A stretch of 64,000 bases of DNA from the NCBI RefSeq assembly GCF_009834535.1, contig NC_045697.1, positions 111,230,001-111,294,000 on the forward strand, in the 5' to 3' direction. The position numbers were made by a program, and so were the translations under genes. Below the pieces are notes generated by a model. The model ran no database searches and was not told the origin of the DNA. It was given only the letters and a program-made list of their open reading frames with translations. Origin of the DNA: Camelus ferus. Taxonomy: Eukaryota. Shown piece by piece: positions 52,355 through 64,000 of this stretch; the first letter of the stretch is position 1; each line of letters begins with the position of its first letter.

Positions 52355-52925
52355 TGTGGGACAGCAGACACTTTTGATTGCCTGCTCAACCAATGTGTGT
52401 TCTCCCTTCCTACCTTACAAACAAAACACAAATTTTATTTATATTTCCACCTCCCAGGGAAGGTAATCTTATCCCCAAACCACAGGTAAATCCTGGTGAG
52501 TCCAAACCAATTGTGGTTATCTTGCCAATGGTGGGCTTAGGGATAGACATGAAACCCAATTTGGGATAATGAGACAGACATAAGTGGAATCTCGGGAAGG
52601 GGAGAAAAACCTCATAAAGGTTTTTATTTTTAATTATCCTTTTTATTCTTCAACTAAAGAAAGTAACACTACTTACTCTTCTGTTCAACTTTGTTCTGTC
52701 AGGATGCAATGCCTGGAACAAGGGTATTTTAAGATCTTGAGAGGGGTAGCCTAGAAACCCAACTAACTGGAAGTGACAGAATGAAAAACTAGAAAAATGT
52801 GAATGCTTGATGACATGTTGAACCAATGAATTAACCAAGCCTGGAAACACCTACCTCCCAATATTTGGTTATTGGATTTATCTGTCTTTCGATTTGCAGC
52901 TAAAGACATCCTAATTGATTTACAA
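52355..52925 (+). mobile_element. MaLR LTR (MLT1J/K-like)
   Basis: ttctcccttcc...gggatagacatgaaacccaatttgg...ttgcagctaaagacatcctaattgat. Confidence 0.65.
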
Positions 52926-52974
52926 GGGATACTAACTGTATAGTATATTAAAAAGTGTGACATATAAAAGAGTC

Positions 52975-53355
52975 CCCTCCCGGGCTACTACAACAGAATA
53001 CCACACACTGGGCGGTTTAAAAACAGAAATTTATTGTTTCTCAGTTCTGGAGGCTAGAATTACAAGAATAAGGTGTTGACAGGGCTGCTTTCTTTTGAGG
53101 TCTCTCTCCTTGGCTTACAGATGCCACCTTCTTTTAGTGTCTCCACATGGTCCTCCCTCTGGGTGCACAGATGTCTATGCTCAGATTTCCTCTTCTTACC
53201 AGAACATCACTGGATTAGAGCCCACCCATATGACTGCATTTTTCCTTAATTGTCCCTTTAAAGATCCTTTCTCCAAATACAGTCTCATTCTAAGATACTA
53301 GAGGCTAGGACTTCAACATATGCATTCTAAGGGGACACAATTTAACCCATTATGC
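52975..53355 (-). mobile_element. MaLR LTR (MLT1A-like)
   Basis: aacagaaatttattgtttctcagttctggaggctag...ggacttcaacatatgcattc...gacacaatttaacccat. Confidence 0.88.
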
Positions 53356-53533
53356 TTAGCAACTGGCACTGTGCGAGGCACTCGGGATGGAAATTTTAAC
53401 AAGAATGGTCCCTTTTCACATAGCACTTACATTTCAGTAGGAAAAATAGCACTTAAACATGGTCATTTAGATACTAGCATGACTTGGAGAGTAGAGCATA
53501 TGACAGTATATAACAAGGGCACTTAACCCAGGG

Positions 53534-53725
53534 CAGTATTCTCAACTGGAAGCAATTCTGCCTCCCAGGAGACATGCGGCGATGCCTGAAGACATTTTTT
53601 ACTGTCACAACTTAGGGGTACAACTGGCAGATGCTGCTAAGCATCCTGGAGTTCATAGGGCATTTCTCTCCCAACCAACAATCATCTTCTCTACAATGTC
53701 ATAATACCACTGTTGGGAAACCCTG
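53534..53725 (+). mobile_element. MER20 (hAT-Charlie), internally deleted, within an L2 remnant
   Basis: cagtattctcaac...gacattttttactgtcacaac...gatgctgctaagcatcct...gaaaccctg. Confidence 0.8.
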
Positions 53726-54188
53726 AGCTAGTCTGTAGGGTCATGGAAAGAACCCTCAAGCTGACCTCTGAAGAATTTGTACTAATTTACTGAGGTAGGC
53801 AGAGCAGAAATGGAGTTCTAGGCAAAAAGGAACAGCAGGTGTGAAAGCCTTCTGTTAGCAAGAAATGTGACACAGGTGAGAACTGAAAGAAGGCCAAACA
53901 CAGAGCACCTAAAGGGAGGGGGGACTGAAACGGGAGGGGCGCAGCAGGAGCAGCAGGCAGGTCCTGCAAACCCTGGGCCATGTCTAGGACCTTGTTTTGA
54001 ATTTTACTGAAGAATGATGATAAAACAAGCAGTATGAAGGATCAAAGAGAAGATGAACCTACAGTCCCTTAAATTTAGTGATTTTTTTGTTGGGAAATCT
54101 CTAGGAGCTGGTAAGAAGAAGGATGTCGTTTGTGATCAAGTTATGGAAAGAAGAAACACAGCACAAATGAAAAATTGGGGGTATGGAA

Positions 54189-55318
54189 GTTCTCCTAGGG
54201 CAGTCTACCCAGGCAATAGAAATAAAAGCAAAAATAAACAAATGGGACCTAATTAAACTTATAAGCATTTGCACTACAAAGGAAACCATAAGCAAAACAG
54301 AAAGACAACCTATGGAATGGGAGGATATATTTGCAAAAGATGACACTGACAAAGGTTTAATTTCTAGAATATATGAACAGCTCATACAACTTAAGAAGAA
54401 AAAACAAACAAACAACTCAATCCAAAAATGGGCAGAAGACCTAAATAAGCAATTCTCCAGTGAAGACATGCAAATGGCCAATAGGCACATGAAAAAAATG
54501 TTCAATATCAATAATTATCAGAGAAATGCAAATTGAAACTATAATGAGATATCACCTCACACCAGTCAGAATGACCATCATTCAAAAGTCCACAAACAAT
54601 AAACTGGAGAAAAGGGAACCCTTGTATACTGTTGACGGGAATGTAGTTTGGTGCAGCCATTATGAAAATCAATATGGAGATTCCTCAAAAAACTAAAAAT
54701 AGACTTACCATATGATCCAGCAATCCCACTCCTGGGTATATATCCAGAGGGAACATTAATTCAAAAAGATACATGCACCTCAATGTTCATAGCAGCACTA
54801 TATACAATAGTCAAGACATGGAAGCAACCTAATGTCCATCAACAGATGACTGGATAAAGAAGTTGTGGTATATTTATACAATGGAATACTACTCTGTCAT
54901 AAAAAAGAATAAAATAATGTCATTTGCAGCAACAATGATGGACCTGGGTAATGTCATTCTAAGTGAAGCCAGAAAGATAAAGAAAAATACCATATGATAG
55001 CACTTATATGTGGAATCTTAAAAAAAAAAAAAAGACAAACAAACTTACTTAGAAAACAGAAACAGACTCACAGACATATCAAACAAACTTATGGTCACTG
55101 GGGGTGAAAGGGGATGGGAAGGGATAAATTGGGAGTTCAAGATTTGCAGATACTAACTACTATATGCAAAACAGATAAACAACAAGTTTATACTGTATAG
55201 CACAGGGAATGTTTCTCTTCCAGTATGACTGAAGTATTGTGCTGTACACTAGGAATTGATACAACATTGTAAACTGACTATACTTCAATAAAAAATATAT
55301 TTTAAAAAAAGAAAAGAA
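54189..55318 (+). mobile_element. Young lineage-specific L1, 5'-truncated
   Basis: ORF 54183-54536 is ORF2 ([12 protein letters not shown]...EWEDIFA...KGLISRIY...IQKWAEDLN); 3'UTR and A-rich tail; same family as 7381-8600. Confidence 0.95.
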
Positions 55319-55732
55319 ATGTCAGTTGACTCATAAAATACTAGAATATGCTGGGAGTATTCAGTAACTGTTCTATTACCAAAACTATGGGGAGGGGATG
55401 GGGAATCGGTTCCTTACTGACTCTGGTAAATGTCTGACCTGGTTAAAGCAGATGTTGCACAGAGGATCGGAGGAGTTTGAAGGAAAAAATGTATTTTCTT
55501 CCTATTGCCCAACATTCTGTAAGGTGGTTTTGTTTTCTGTTCCTCGAGGAATTAAAGAAAGGATCATATGCCTTCCTTGAAAATCAAATCCATCGCTTAT
55601 TAACCATGATTTTTTTATTCAAAGATATTCGTTTTCCTTCTTTATGTTTGTCCCTGTGCTCACTGATGAACACATCGCATATTTCCTCTTCCATTTCACT
55701 CTGAGTGAGCTCATGCAGACCCACTAATTTAC

Positions 55733-56162
55733 TTTTTTTTTAAATTAAAGTATGGTCAGTTTACAATGTTGTGCCAATTTCTGGTGTAGAGTATAATGTT
55801 TCAGTCATACATATACATACATATATTCGTTTTCATACTTTTTTTCATTATAGGTTACTATAAGATATTGAATATAATTCCCTGTGCTCTACAGTAGAAA
55901 CTTGTTGTTTATATTTTATATATAGTAGTTAGTATCTGAAAATCTCAAAATTCCAATTTATCCCTTCCCACCCCCTATCCCGTGGTAACCATAAGTTTGT
56001 TTTCTATGTCTGTGAGTCCTGCTTCTGTTTTGTAAATAAGTTTCATTTGTCTTTTCTTTTTCTTTCTTTTTTTTTTTTTTTTTTTTTGGAAGCCACATAT
56101 AAGTGATATGTGGTATTTTTCTTTCTCTTTCTGGCTCACTTCACTTAGAATGATGATCTCCA
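55733..56162 (-). mobile_element. Young L1 3'UTR, 5'-truncated
   Basis: T tail, then sequence closely matching 7425-7815. Confidence 0.92.
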
Positions 56163-56164
56163 AC

Positions 56165-59100
56165 CAGGTGTTCTCGCTCACCCTAAGACTGCAGCCCTTA
56201 TCTCTCTATTGAGCCTTAGAATTATACACACATTATATGATATTTCTTCTTAGGTATCTAATAAACATCTCAAAATTAATATTTTCAAAAAAAATGCTCT
56301 TGCTCACCTCCTAGAGGTTATGCTCCTTTTCAGCCCCCGTGTCAGAGGGCCAGTTGTCCCTCAGTAGCTCTTGGAAAAAAATTAAGGATAATATTTGATT
56401 CTGTCTTTTTGCTCACTCCCATACCCAATTCATTAGCAAGTTCTGGGAACTTCATTCTAAAATACATCCCAAGTCTGTCCAGTTCTCATCACCTCCTACT
56501 GTTGCTCGTATTCCCCTTCCCCAGCTATAATTCATTCTCTACAAAACAGCTAGAGTGAGTTAGAAGAAGAAGGAAAAGGAGGAGGAGGAATCAGATCTCG
56601 TCATTTCTCTTCTTTCTAATTAATAAAATTCGAACTCCTTATCCTGATCTTCATAGCAAGCATTTGTCACTAACCACCACTCTCTAATTCCTGCTGATTC
56701 CTTCTATTCCCAAGCCCTGCAAATTTTTGTCCCACAATGGTCTAAACTCTTCCACAGTCCTTCACCTCCATCATCTTCTCATCCACTTCTTTGGACAGTT
56801 TGAAATCTATGATCAATAATTATAGTCAGTTTTTGGCATATACTTTAAAATTCCTTCTTTCTCTCTTACTGCTTCATACTTGGCAAACTTCTACTCTTGG
56901 TTAAATCTAACTCAGCGCTATACCGTGTCTGCATCCGCCCAAATGAATGGGGCCAAGAGCAAGCACATGCCCAAACTGATGATTCACTTAGCATCAGGGA
57001 GACCTTTGGGGCTGCTTGGCAACCCTTCCATGTTTCTCTGTCACATTCTCATTCTTACTGCCTCCAATCTCTCAAATAAAAACCATGCTTCCTGTTTCTC
57101 AGAGAAAATAGAAGCAATGCAAAAAACATCTTCATAAGCTTCCCCCATTATATCCACCAAGATACCTGCATCTATGCCCATATGTTCTTCCTGCTCTTGT
57201 AACTTTGGAGAAACTGTTTGCTATCCTAGCAAAGCCCAAACACTCCATTATGCATAAGCTCCCACTTCCTCTCATCTACTTGAAAATATTGCTTCGTGAC
57301 TCTCCTACTTCTTTCCAGTACCATCATATTTTCCTTCTGTACTGAATCTTTTCCAAAAACACATAAACATTATTATATCTCCCATCTTAAACAAAAAAAA
57401 AATTTGCTTTATCTCACATACTCCTCTAACTACTGCTCTGTTTCTCTTCTTCATTTACATTGAATACCTCAAAGGAGTTCCCTGTCTTCAGTACCCCTCT
57501 TTTCTTCCTTTGAGCCCACTCTAATCAACCTTTTCAACAACTGCACTGGGAAAACACACTCCTCCTGGGTGTCTCCTTCACTCTCACCCTGTTACCACAC
57601 TCACAACACTTCTGACACCAGATGTGTAGGTTTTTCTCCAACCAAGCAATTCTCTGACACCAGCTGGGTGTCCTCCAATGTAACTCAGTTCTGACACATG
57701 TACCTGGAGAGAGCATCAGATCCCACAGGACTCAGTCCCACAAGAGTGACCCCCCATTTTCAGATGGCAATCAGTTGTCACCTGTGCATCTGCCAACCAG
57801 CTATAAATCAGCATTCCCATAACCCCCTCCCTGCGTTTGCTCATTTGTTAGAAGAGCTCACAGAACTCAAGGAAAGACCTACTTACGTTTACCAGTTCAT
57901 TAGAGGATATGATAAAGACATAGATGAACAGCCAGGTAAAGAAATACATAGGGGGAGACCTAAAAAGGTCCCAAGTGCAGAAGCTTTCGTGCCCGTGGAG
58001 TTGGGGTGTACCACCTTCCCAGCATTTAGATGCTTTCCCAACCCAGAAGCTCTTTGAACCATGTCCTTTTGGGGGTTTTACAGCAGCTTCATCATGTAGG
58101 CATGATGGATTATTAACTCCACTTCTAGCTCTTCCCTTCCTATAGGAGGAGGACGGTGGCCGTGCTGAAAGTTCCAAACTTTGACTTATGGCTAGGTCTT
58201 TCTGGTGAGCGTGCCCCATCCAGGAGCTGCCCAGGAACCCACCCAAAGTAACCTAACTGGAACAAAAGACACTCCTATCACCCAGGAAATTCCAAGAGAC
58301 TCGGGGGCTCCGTGTCAGGAAACAGAATGAAGGACCAAATATTAGGACAAAGGATGCTCCTAGTGCTCTAATCACTTAGGAAATTACGCAGGTTTTAGGA
58401 GCTCTGTGCCGGGAACTGGAGGCAGAGACCAGTACACATGGTTCTATTATTTCACAACTACCATTCTGTTCATTCTACCAAAACTGTTCTTGCCTAGCTC
58501 ATGAATTACCTCCAAGTTGTTAAAACACGATGCTCTATTTTTTTCAAGCTGTCTTTTACATGACTTTCAGCAGTACTTGAGTCAGTTCTTTACTCTACCC
58601 ACCTTGTTAACACTTGATTAATTCCAATGCCTGGCGAACCATACTCACCTGCTTTCCCTCTCCTCTCACTGGCCATGCTGTCTCAGTCTCCACTGCTGGC
58701 TCCTCCTCTTCTCCCCAGTTTATTAATAGCGATGTACTCTGGAGTCGAGTCCTCAGACAAGCTCTCTTCTCATTCCACACTCGCTCCTTTGATGATCTCA
58801 TCCAGCTTCATGGCTTTATATATCACGTATATGCTAACGATTCCCAAATGTATAACCCCAGGCAGGACTACTCCGCTGAACTCCAGATTCACACACCCAA
58901 ACACCCATCCGACACTGGACTTAGCTGCCTCAAAGGCATTTAAAACTTACCGTGTCCAAATCTGAGCTCTTGGTCTTTCCTCTCAAACCTTCACCTCCTA
59001 AAGCTTTCCCCATTTCAGTACATAGCCACTCCATTCCTCCAGGAGCCTAGGCTGAAGCCTTCCTTTCTCTTACGCCACATACCCAGTCTGTCAGCACCCT

Positions 59101-59565
59101 GTGCTGACACCATCTGAGTGCAAAGTACTAGGCTCCTGTTTCTCTGGGAACCACTCCCATCTTTTGTGCTGATTGCGGCAATAATCTCCGGACCAGTCTC
59201 CCGGCCCTTATCTTTGCCTCTTTACAGTCTTTTCTCATTGCAGCGGCCAAAGTGACCCTGTTAAAACGTAAATGATCCCATCAGAACTCTTATAGCATCC
59301 CATTTCAGTGACACGGAAACCTACAATCCTTACAACAGCCTACAGGGCATTAAATGACCTGGCTTTTTCCACTGCTCTGATCCTGTGTCTTCCGATGTCT
59401 TCAGTCTGCATTGTTCACCTCACTTCAACACACAGGCTTCCTCATTGTTCCTGGAAAAGCCAGGCAGGCTCCACACAGAACCCCTGTACTTTCAGTTCCT
59501 CTTCCCCGAAGATCCATGTGGCTCATCTCTTTTATCTCTTTCAGGAATTTTTTTAAATGCCATTA
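56165..59565 (+). mobile_element. L2 LINE remnants (ORF2/RT region to 3' end), split by MER21
   Basis: ORF 58614-58943 reads ...LFSFHTRSFDDLIQLHGFIYHVYANDSQMY, matching L2 RT (LGDLIQSHGFKYHLYADDSQIY-like). Confidence 0.85.
57542..58456 (-). mobile_element. MER21-like solo LTR
   Basis: gacaccagctgggtgtcct, ctcagtcccacaagagtgaccccc, tatcacccaggaaattccaag; TG...CA termini; 5-bp flanks acaac/actac. Confidence 0.88.
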
Positions 59566-59585
59566 TTTAAAATGATAACCTCTCA

Positions 59586-59704
59586 GGGGCAGGTATAGCT
59601 TAGTGGTAGAGTGCAGGCTTAGCATGCACAAAGTCCTGGGATTGATCCCCAGTACCTCGATTTGGGGAAAAAAAAATACTAGTGAAAAAAAAGCCTTAAA
59701 AAAT
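59586..59704 (+). mobile_element. tRNA-Ala-derived camelid SINE (Vic-1-like)
   Basis: ggggcaggtatagcttagtggtagagtgcaggcttagcatgcac...; A-box-like and decayed B-box; A-rich tail; TSD aaaatgataacctctc/aaaatgatagcgtctc. Confidence 0.9.
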
Positions 59705-59989
59705 AAAATGATAGCGTCTCTTCCCCCACAATACGTACTACTCCTTTTTTCTGCAGTATTTGCCTCCATTGCTCTCATCACCTTTAGTTATCTATGGATT
59801 AATGTCTCTGGGATTTCTTCAACTCCTTTAGTCTTTGCATGTATGTGTGCATGTGGTGTGTATGTAATAAGGAAAAAGACCTCTAATCTGAATGCAAGTA
59901 GAACAGAATGAAATGTTTTGTGGGTCTCTCATGATTCCCTGGTCAATGGCATAAATTAAAATCTGAGAGTCTAAGCCATTCTTTACCAT

Positions 59990-60132
59990 AATAATTGTTA
60001 CCCCTATTTCTGCAGATGAGAATGCCTCATAGAGACTTTAAGTGACTGCCTGAGGTCATTCAGCCAGAATCTAAACCCATGACTTTCTGTTCCCAAAGGT
60101 CACACTCAAAATCACTTTTCTAAACCACACTG
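59990..60132 (-). mobile_element. MIR SINE fragment
   Basis: cccctatttctgcagatgagaat...aagtgactgcctgaggtcattcagc. Confidence 0.7.
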
Positions 60133-61237
60133 TCCCAAAGCATATAGAACTCCCATGAAAAAGTACTTTCGTTTGCAATATACTAGTTGCTTAATTGTTA
60201 TTTTGCCTATGAATGCTTTAATACACGCTATGATTTCTTTGTCCTTTTACTGTAATATGTGATTCTTTTTAATTATGACCTGGAAATTCCATTCACTGTA
60301 GACAGAACACCTGTGCACACCTTCAGTACAACACTATTTATTCAGTGTAACAATCTGTTTTATTCTTTCTACTGTCTCACTACTCATAATTGTCATAATT
60401 GAAACTGAGATTCATTTTTCACAGTCAACCAAGGTCAAACAACAGACGTAGATTTGCACCTTATGAAAATGAACTGTGACTCACACCATCATATATTTCT
60501 CCAGACTTTATTTGGAAAATAGCTAAAGATATCTAAAGATGTGTCCCCAAAATGTTCTAACCCCCTCGCTTTCCTTCACTCACTTCCAGATTGAGTCCTG
60601 CTTCTCTGCAGGGAGGTGGCAGTAATAGTCTTGCCGACACCTCGTCTGAGATGCACTGCAGACCCCCGTGGTGAAGACCAGAGCCAGTTCTGTCTTCTAA
60701 GCAAATCTCTCCCTTCCCTGCTTCACACTTGGCACCTGTTCCGGGATAGTTGGCTAACGTTGAGCTACTCCCTAGTACAATTGCCCAGACAAATACCTTC
60801 CACTTTATGGGAAAAGAAAACTTTTGAAATAATGGGGATTCCTGTGGTCTGGAACAGAGAACAGTCATCTGGTAGGTACTTCATTCCCTATCTCAGTAGA
60901 TGTATATGTGTTGAGCTTTGAGAGAAAAATTACTGCCTGCATTCTTTGCTCAGTCAACCCAAGAAACCTGAGAGTTTGCTAGTGTCGTCCTTTCTTTGCT
61001 TGTAGCATTGGACCTTTCTTGGGCTTCACTGAAATGTAAGTCTTTCTGAAAGAAGCAAAATATTGTTAGTATCACTTTACTGCTGACGAGGTTATCAGAT
61101 GTTTTCGTAGAACAGAAGATATCGAGTCTACATTAGGTTGAAAGAAGGTGGAAGTGTTGGCCCAGAAAAGTGAACTCAGGAATGCAAAACATAAATCCAA
61201 CCCTCCTCCAAAGCCCCTACCAGTGGCTGATTGGAGA

Positions 61238-61311
61238 AAGGAAGGAAGGAAGGAAGGAAGGAAGGAAGGAAGGAAGGAAGGAAGGAGGAAGGGAGGGAGG
61301 GAGGAAGGAAA
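61238..61311. repeat. (GGAA)n/(GGGA)n tetranucleotide microsatellite
   Basis: About 11 uninterrupted GGAA units, then degenerate units. Confidence 0.95.
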
Positions 61312-61941
61312 GATCCAATATAGTTTAAACTTAGTCCAACCTAATAATTTTAATAGGCCCTTTTGTAGTGCTCATTGTCTCTTGTTTCTCATATCCTCTT
61401 GACTAATATAAAAGTTTTAAGGAACAAAAAAATACATAATATTTTCATGGAAATACATGAACTGAAATATATTTTTTCTTAAGTCTTCTAAGAGTTAAGT
61501 TTCAAAAGACTCAACATTACTTTTATGTTCCATATTCAACATTTCTGTTCTTGAATTCATAACTTGAATTCAAAGTTTCTATTCAAAAATTTCCTGGCCG
61601 TTTCCTTACCGGTCATGCCCGTTAAAAATTACTGTTCAATCTCCAAGAACTGCCCCACCCTCCCATTTCAGACACCTAAGACTGAAAAGTAGGTTATCAA
61701 TTGTCAGTTTGCATCCTTCCCAGGACTAAGCCGCTCTACAGAACTTACTAGAAACTTGCTTAAAGACCTAGGGGTAGTCTGCATGCTCTGTACTTCTCCG
61801 CTCTGCAGAGGGCATAGAAATGCCTTGAACTCTAGAAACTTACTCAGATTCCCTAACACTGAGGGAGCTAACTCAAAACAACTCTGCTGAGGTCACACAA
61901 GCCTGATTACTCCCTATGGGACATTTAAAAAGACTTTAACC

Positions 61942-62630
61942 AAGGAAACCTTCCTACACTGATGGTAGGAATGTAAATTGGTGCAGCCATCATGGAGAAC
62001 AGTACAGTGGTTCCTTAAAAAACTAAAAATAGCCTTACCATATGATCCAGCAATTCCACTCCTGGACATACATCCAGAGAAATCTTGAACTCAAAAAGAT
62101 ACATGCACCTTAATGTCCATAGAAACACTATTTAAAATAGCCAAGACATGAAAGCAATCTAAATGTCCATCGATGAATGGATAACAAGAATGAAATAATG
62201 TCATTTGCAGAAACATGGCTGGACCAAGAGATTATCATATTACGTGAAGTAAGTCAGACAAAAACGAATATCATATGATATCACTTATATGTGGAATCCT
62301 AAAAGAAAAATGACACAAATGAACTTATTTACAAACCAGAAATAGACTTACGGACATAGAAACAAACTATGGTTACCAAAGAGGAAGTGGGGGATAAATT
62401 AGGAGTTTGGGATTAACATATACACACTACTATATATATAATAGATTTTAAAAATATTTCTACTGTATAGTACAGGAAACTATATTCAGTATCTTGTAAT
62501 AACCTATAATGGAAAGAATCTGAAAAAGAATAGATATAGATACACAGATATCACTGAATCACTTGGCTGTACACCTGAAACTAACACAACATTGTAAATC
62601 AACTATATACTTCAACTAAAACAAATTTTT
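61942..62630 (+). mobile_element. L1 3' end (ORF2 C-terminus plus 3'UTR), more diverged subfamily
   Basis: ggaaaccttcctacactgatggtaggaatgtaaattggtgcagcc...acaacattgtaaatcaactata. Confidence 0.92.
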
Positions 62631-63488
62631 TAAATACATCTAAGTAACTGCAATTAAAAGCTGCAAATATTTTTATAAGGAAACTATGCTATCAGCATAT
62701 CACCTTTGATATAAAGATGTGACTAAAAATGTAAACATCACAAATGGAGCCAAAGTTCAAATTTGTTCTTGAAATATTAAACACATGAGAAACAGAAGCT
62801 AAAAACAAAATAAACCAAACAAACAAATAACTTTCACCATCTTACCTTTATTTGCCCAGCCCCCATCAGGAGTCTACTCCCACTAAAGTTATCTAGGGAT
62901 CCACAAGCAGTTGGCTGTAAGGATAAAAGTCCTATATAAATACCCATGTTGCTTTTTTTGATTTCCTTCTTCCAAGTATGCTGGAAAGGACAGGATTTCA
63001 CATAGGAAACACTTAGTGATAATATTTGGAGGAAACCTGCTGACTTTGTAAGACACAATTGGCCGAACTTCAAGTCAGAAATACCCAGGGAAGTACAAGG
63101 CTCCTAGAATTACAAGGATGAGGGTTCTGCAGGCAATGAAACCTCTGCACAGGACAAGGGATCATATGCTTACAAAGGAAAATGCAGAAACATTAGCAAG
63201 GCGGCAAGCAGCCCAGAATGTGGTATACAGGTGTGGCAAAAAGTAAAGTGTGACTCTGCAATGAGCCAAGGGGGAAAAGGGCCTTCAGACTTAATGAAAA
63301 CAAGAAAAGAGAAGTAGAAGAGAAAAGAGAAAGGAGACGGAGATGAAGATGAAGACAAGAGGCAAGAATAACTATCCAGGAAGAGATTCAGCAAAGAAAA
63401 ATCCACACTCTATCACTGAGTGGATAATTCCCTGAGATGCCAAATGAGAGAATGCTAGGAAAAAATCCTCTACTAAAGAACTTTTGAG

Positions 63489-63607
63489 GAGAGACTGTAT
63501 AGCGTGTGCTTAGCATGCACGAGGTCCTGGGTTCAACCCCCAGTGCCTCCGTTAATAAATAAATAAATAAACCTAATTAACTCTCCCCTCCAAAAAAATT
63601 TTTTTAA
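63489..63607 (+). mobile_element. tRNA-Ala-derived camelid SINE with a deleted A-box
   Basis: gcttagcatgcacgaggtcctgggttcaacccccagtgcctcc; (AAAT)n tract; perfect 14-bp TSD aaagaacttttgag at 63475 and 63608. Confidence 0.92.
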
Positions 63608-64000
63608 AAAGAACTTTTGAGAGTATTCTTGCTGTAGTCATCAACATTGATGATAATTATAAACTGCTGAGTCCACGGAGTAAAACTGTCACTTCTTTTG
63701 TGTCCTAAGGGCGTAAGTACTACAGAGAGTGTTCATTAATTTCCTCCTAAAGGGATATAAAGACAAATGTGTTTTTGTCCTGTTAATGTTCTCACTGGAG
63801 GGCAAGTTCCACGGCTAATATTGGAATATATGGAAGGACATGTTAGATGTTTAGACTACCAGGCTTTTAAAGCAAAAAGATACCTTAAACGCTGTCATGG
63901 GTTAAGAAACAAAAGTTAAATGGCAGTGCAAGGTCATATCTAGCTAGATAGAGAAATAAAGTGTAATATCCAACTCCTGTGAGTCGTGATAAGGGGCCTT

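Noticed and set aside
54183..54536. 117-aa ORF as a host gene
   Set aside because: L1 ORF2 fragment
59586..59660. Possible tRNA-Ala gene
   Set aside because: Mismatched stems, mutated B-box, A-rich tail and TSD indicate a SINE

Overview
AT-rich mammalian genomic DNA, very probably camelid (camel/llama/alpaca): two tRNA-Ala(AGC)-derived SINEs of the camelid Vic-1 type are present, along with lineage-type L1 3' ends. I recognise no protein-coding gene. Nearly all ORFs in the track are chance ORFs or transposon remnants (L1 ORF1/ORF2, L2 reverse transcriptase, hAT transposase). The window is an intergenic or deep-intronic landscape dense in L1, L2, MIR, MaLR/ERV LTR and hAT elements. The best-supported observations are structural: a twin-primed 5'-inverted L1 with its TSD; an L1 whose 5'UTR is joined directly to late ORF2; a MER41-like solo LTR with decayed STAT sites inside L1 ORF1; a second ERV1-type LTR with an intact GAS palindrome; a three-layer hAT/L1/MaLR nest; a close inverted pair of young L1 3' ends; and a CpG-elevated zone at about 36-45 kb. 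Two frame-compatible minus-strand exon candidates near 60-63 kb may belong to an unannotated transcript, but this is speculative. I see no convincing new biological system. Repeat subfamily names come from recalled consensus features, not a database search, and old-repeat boundaries are approximate.
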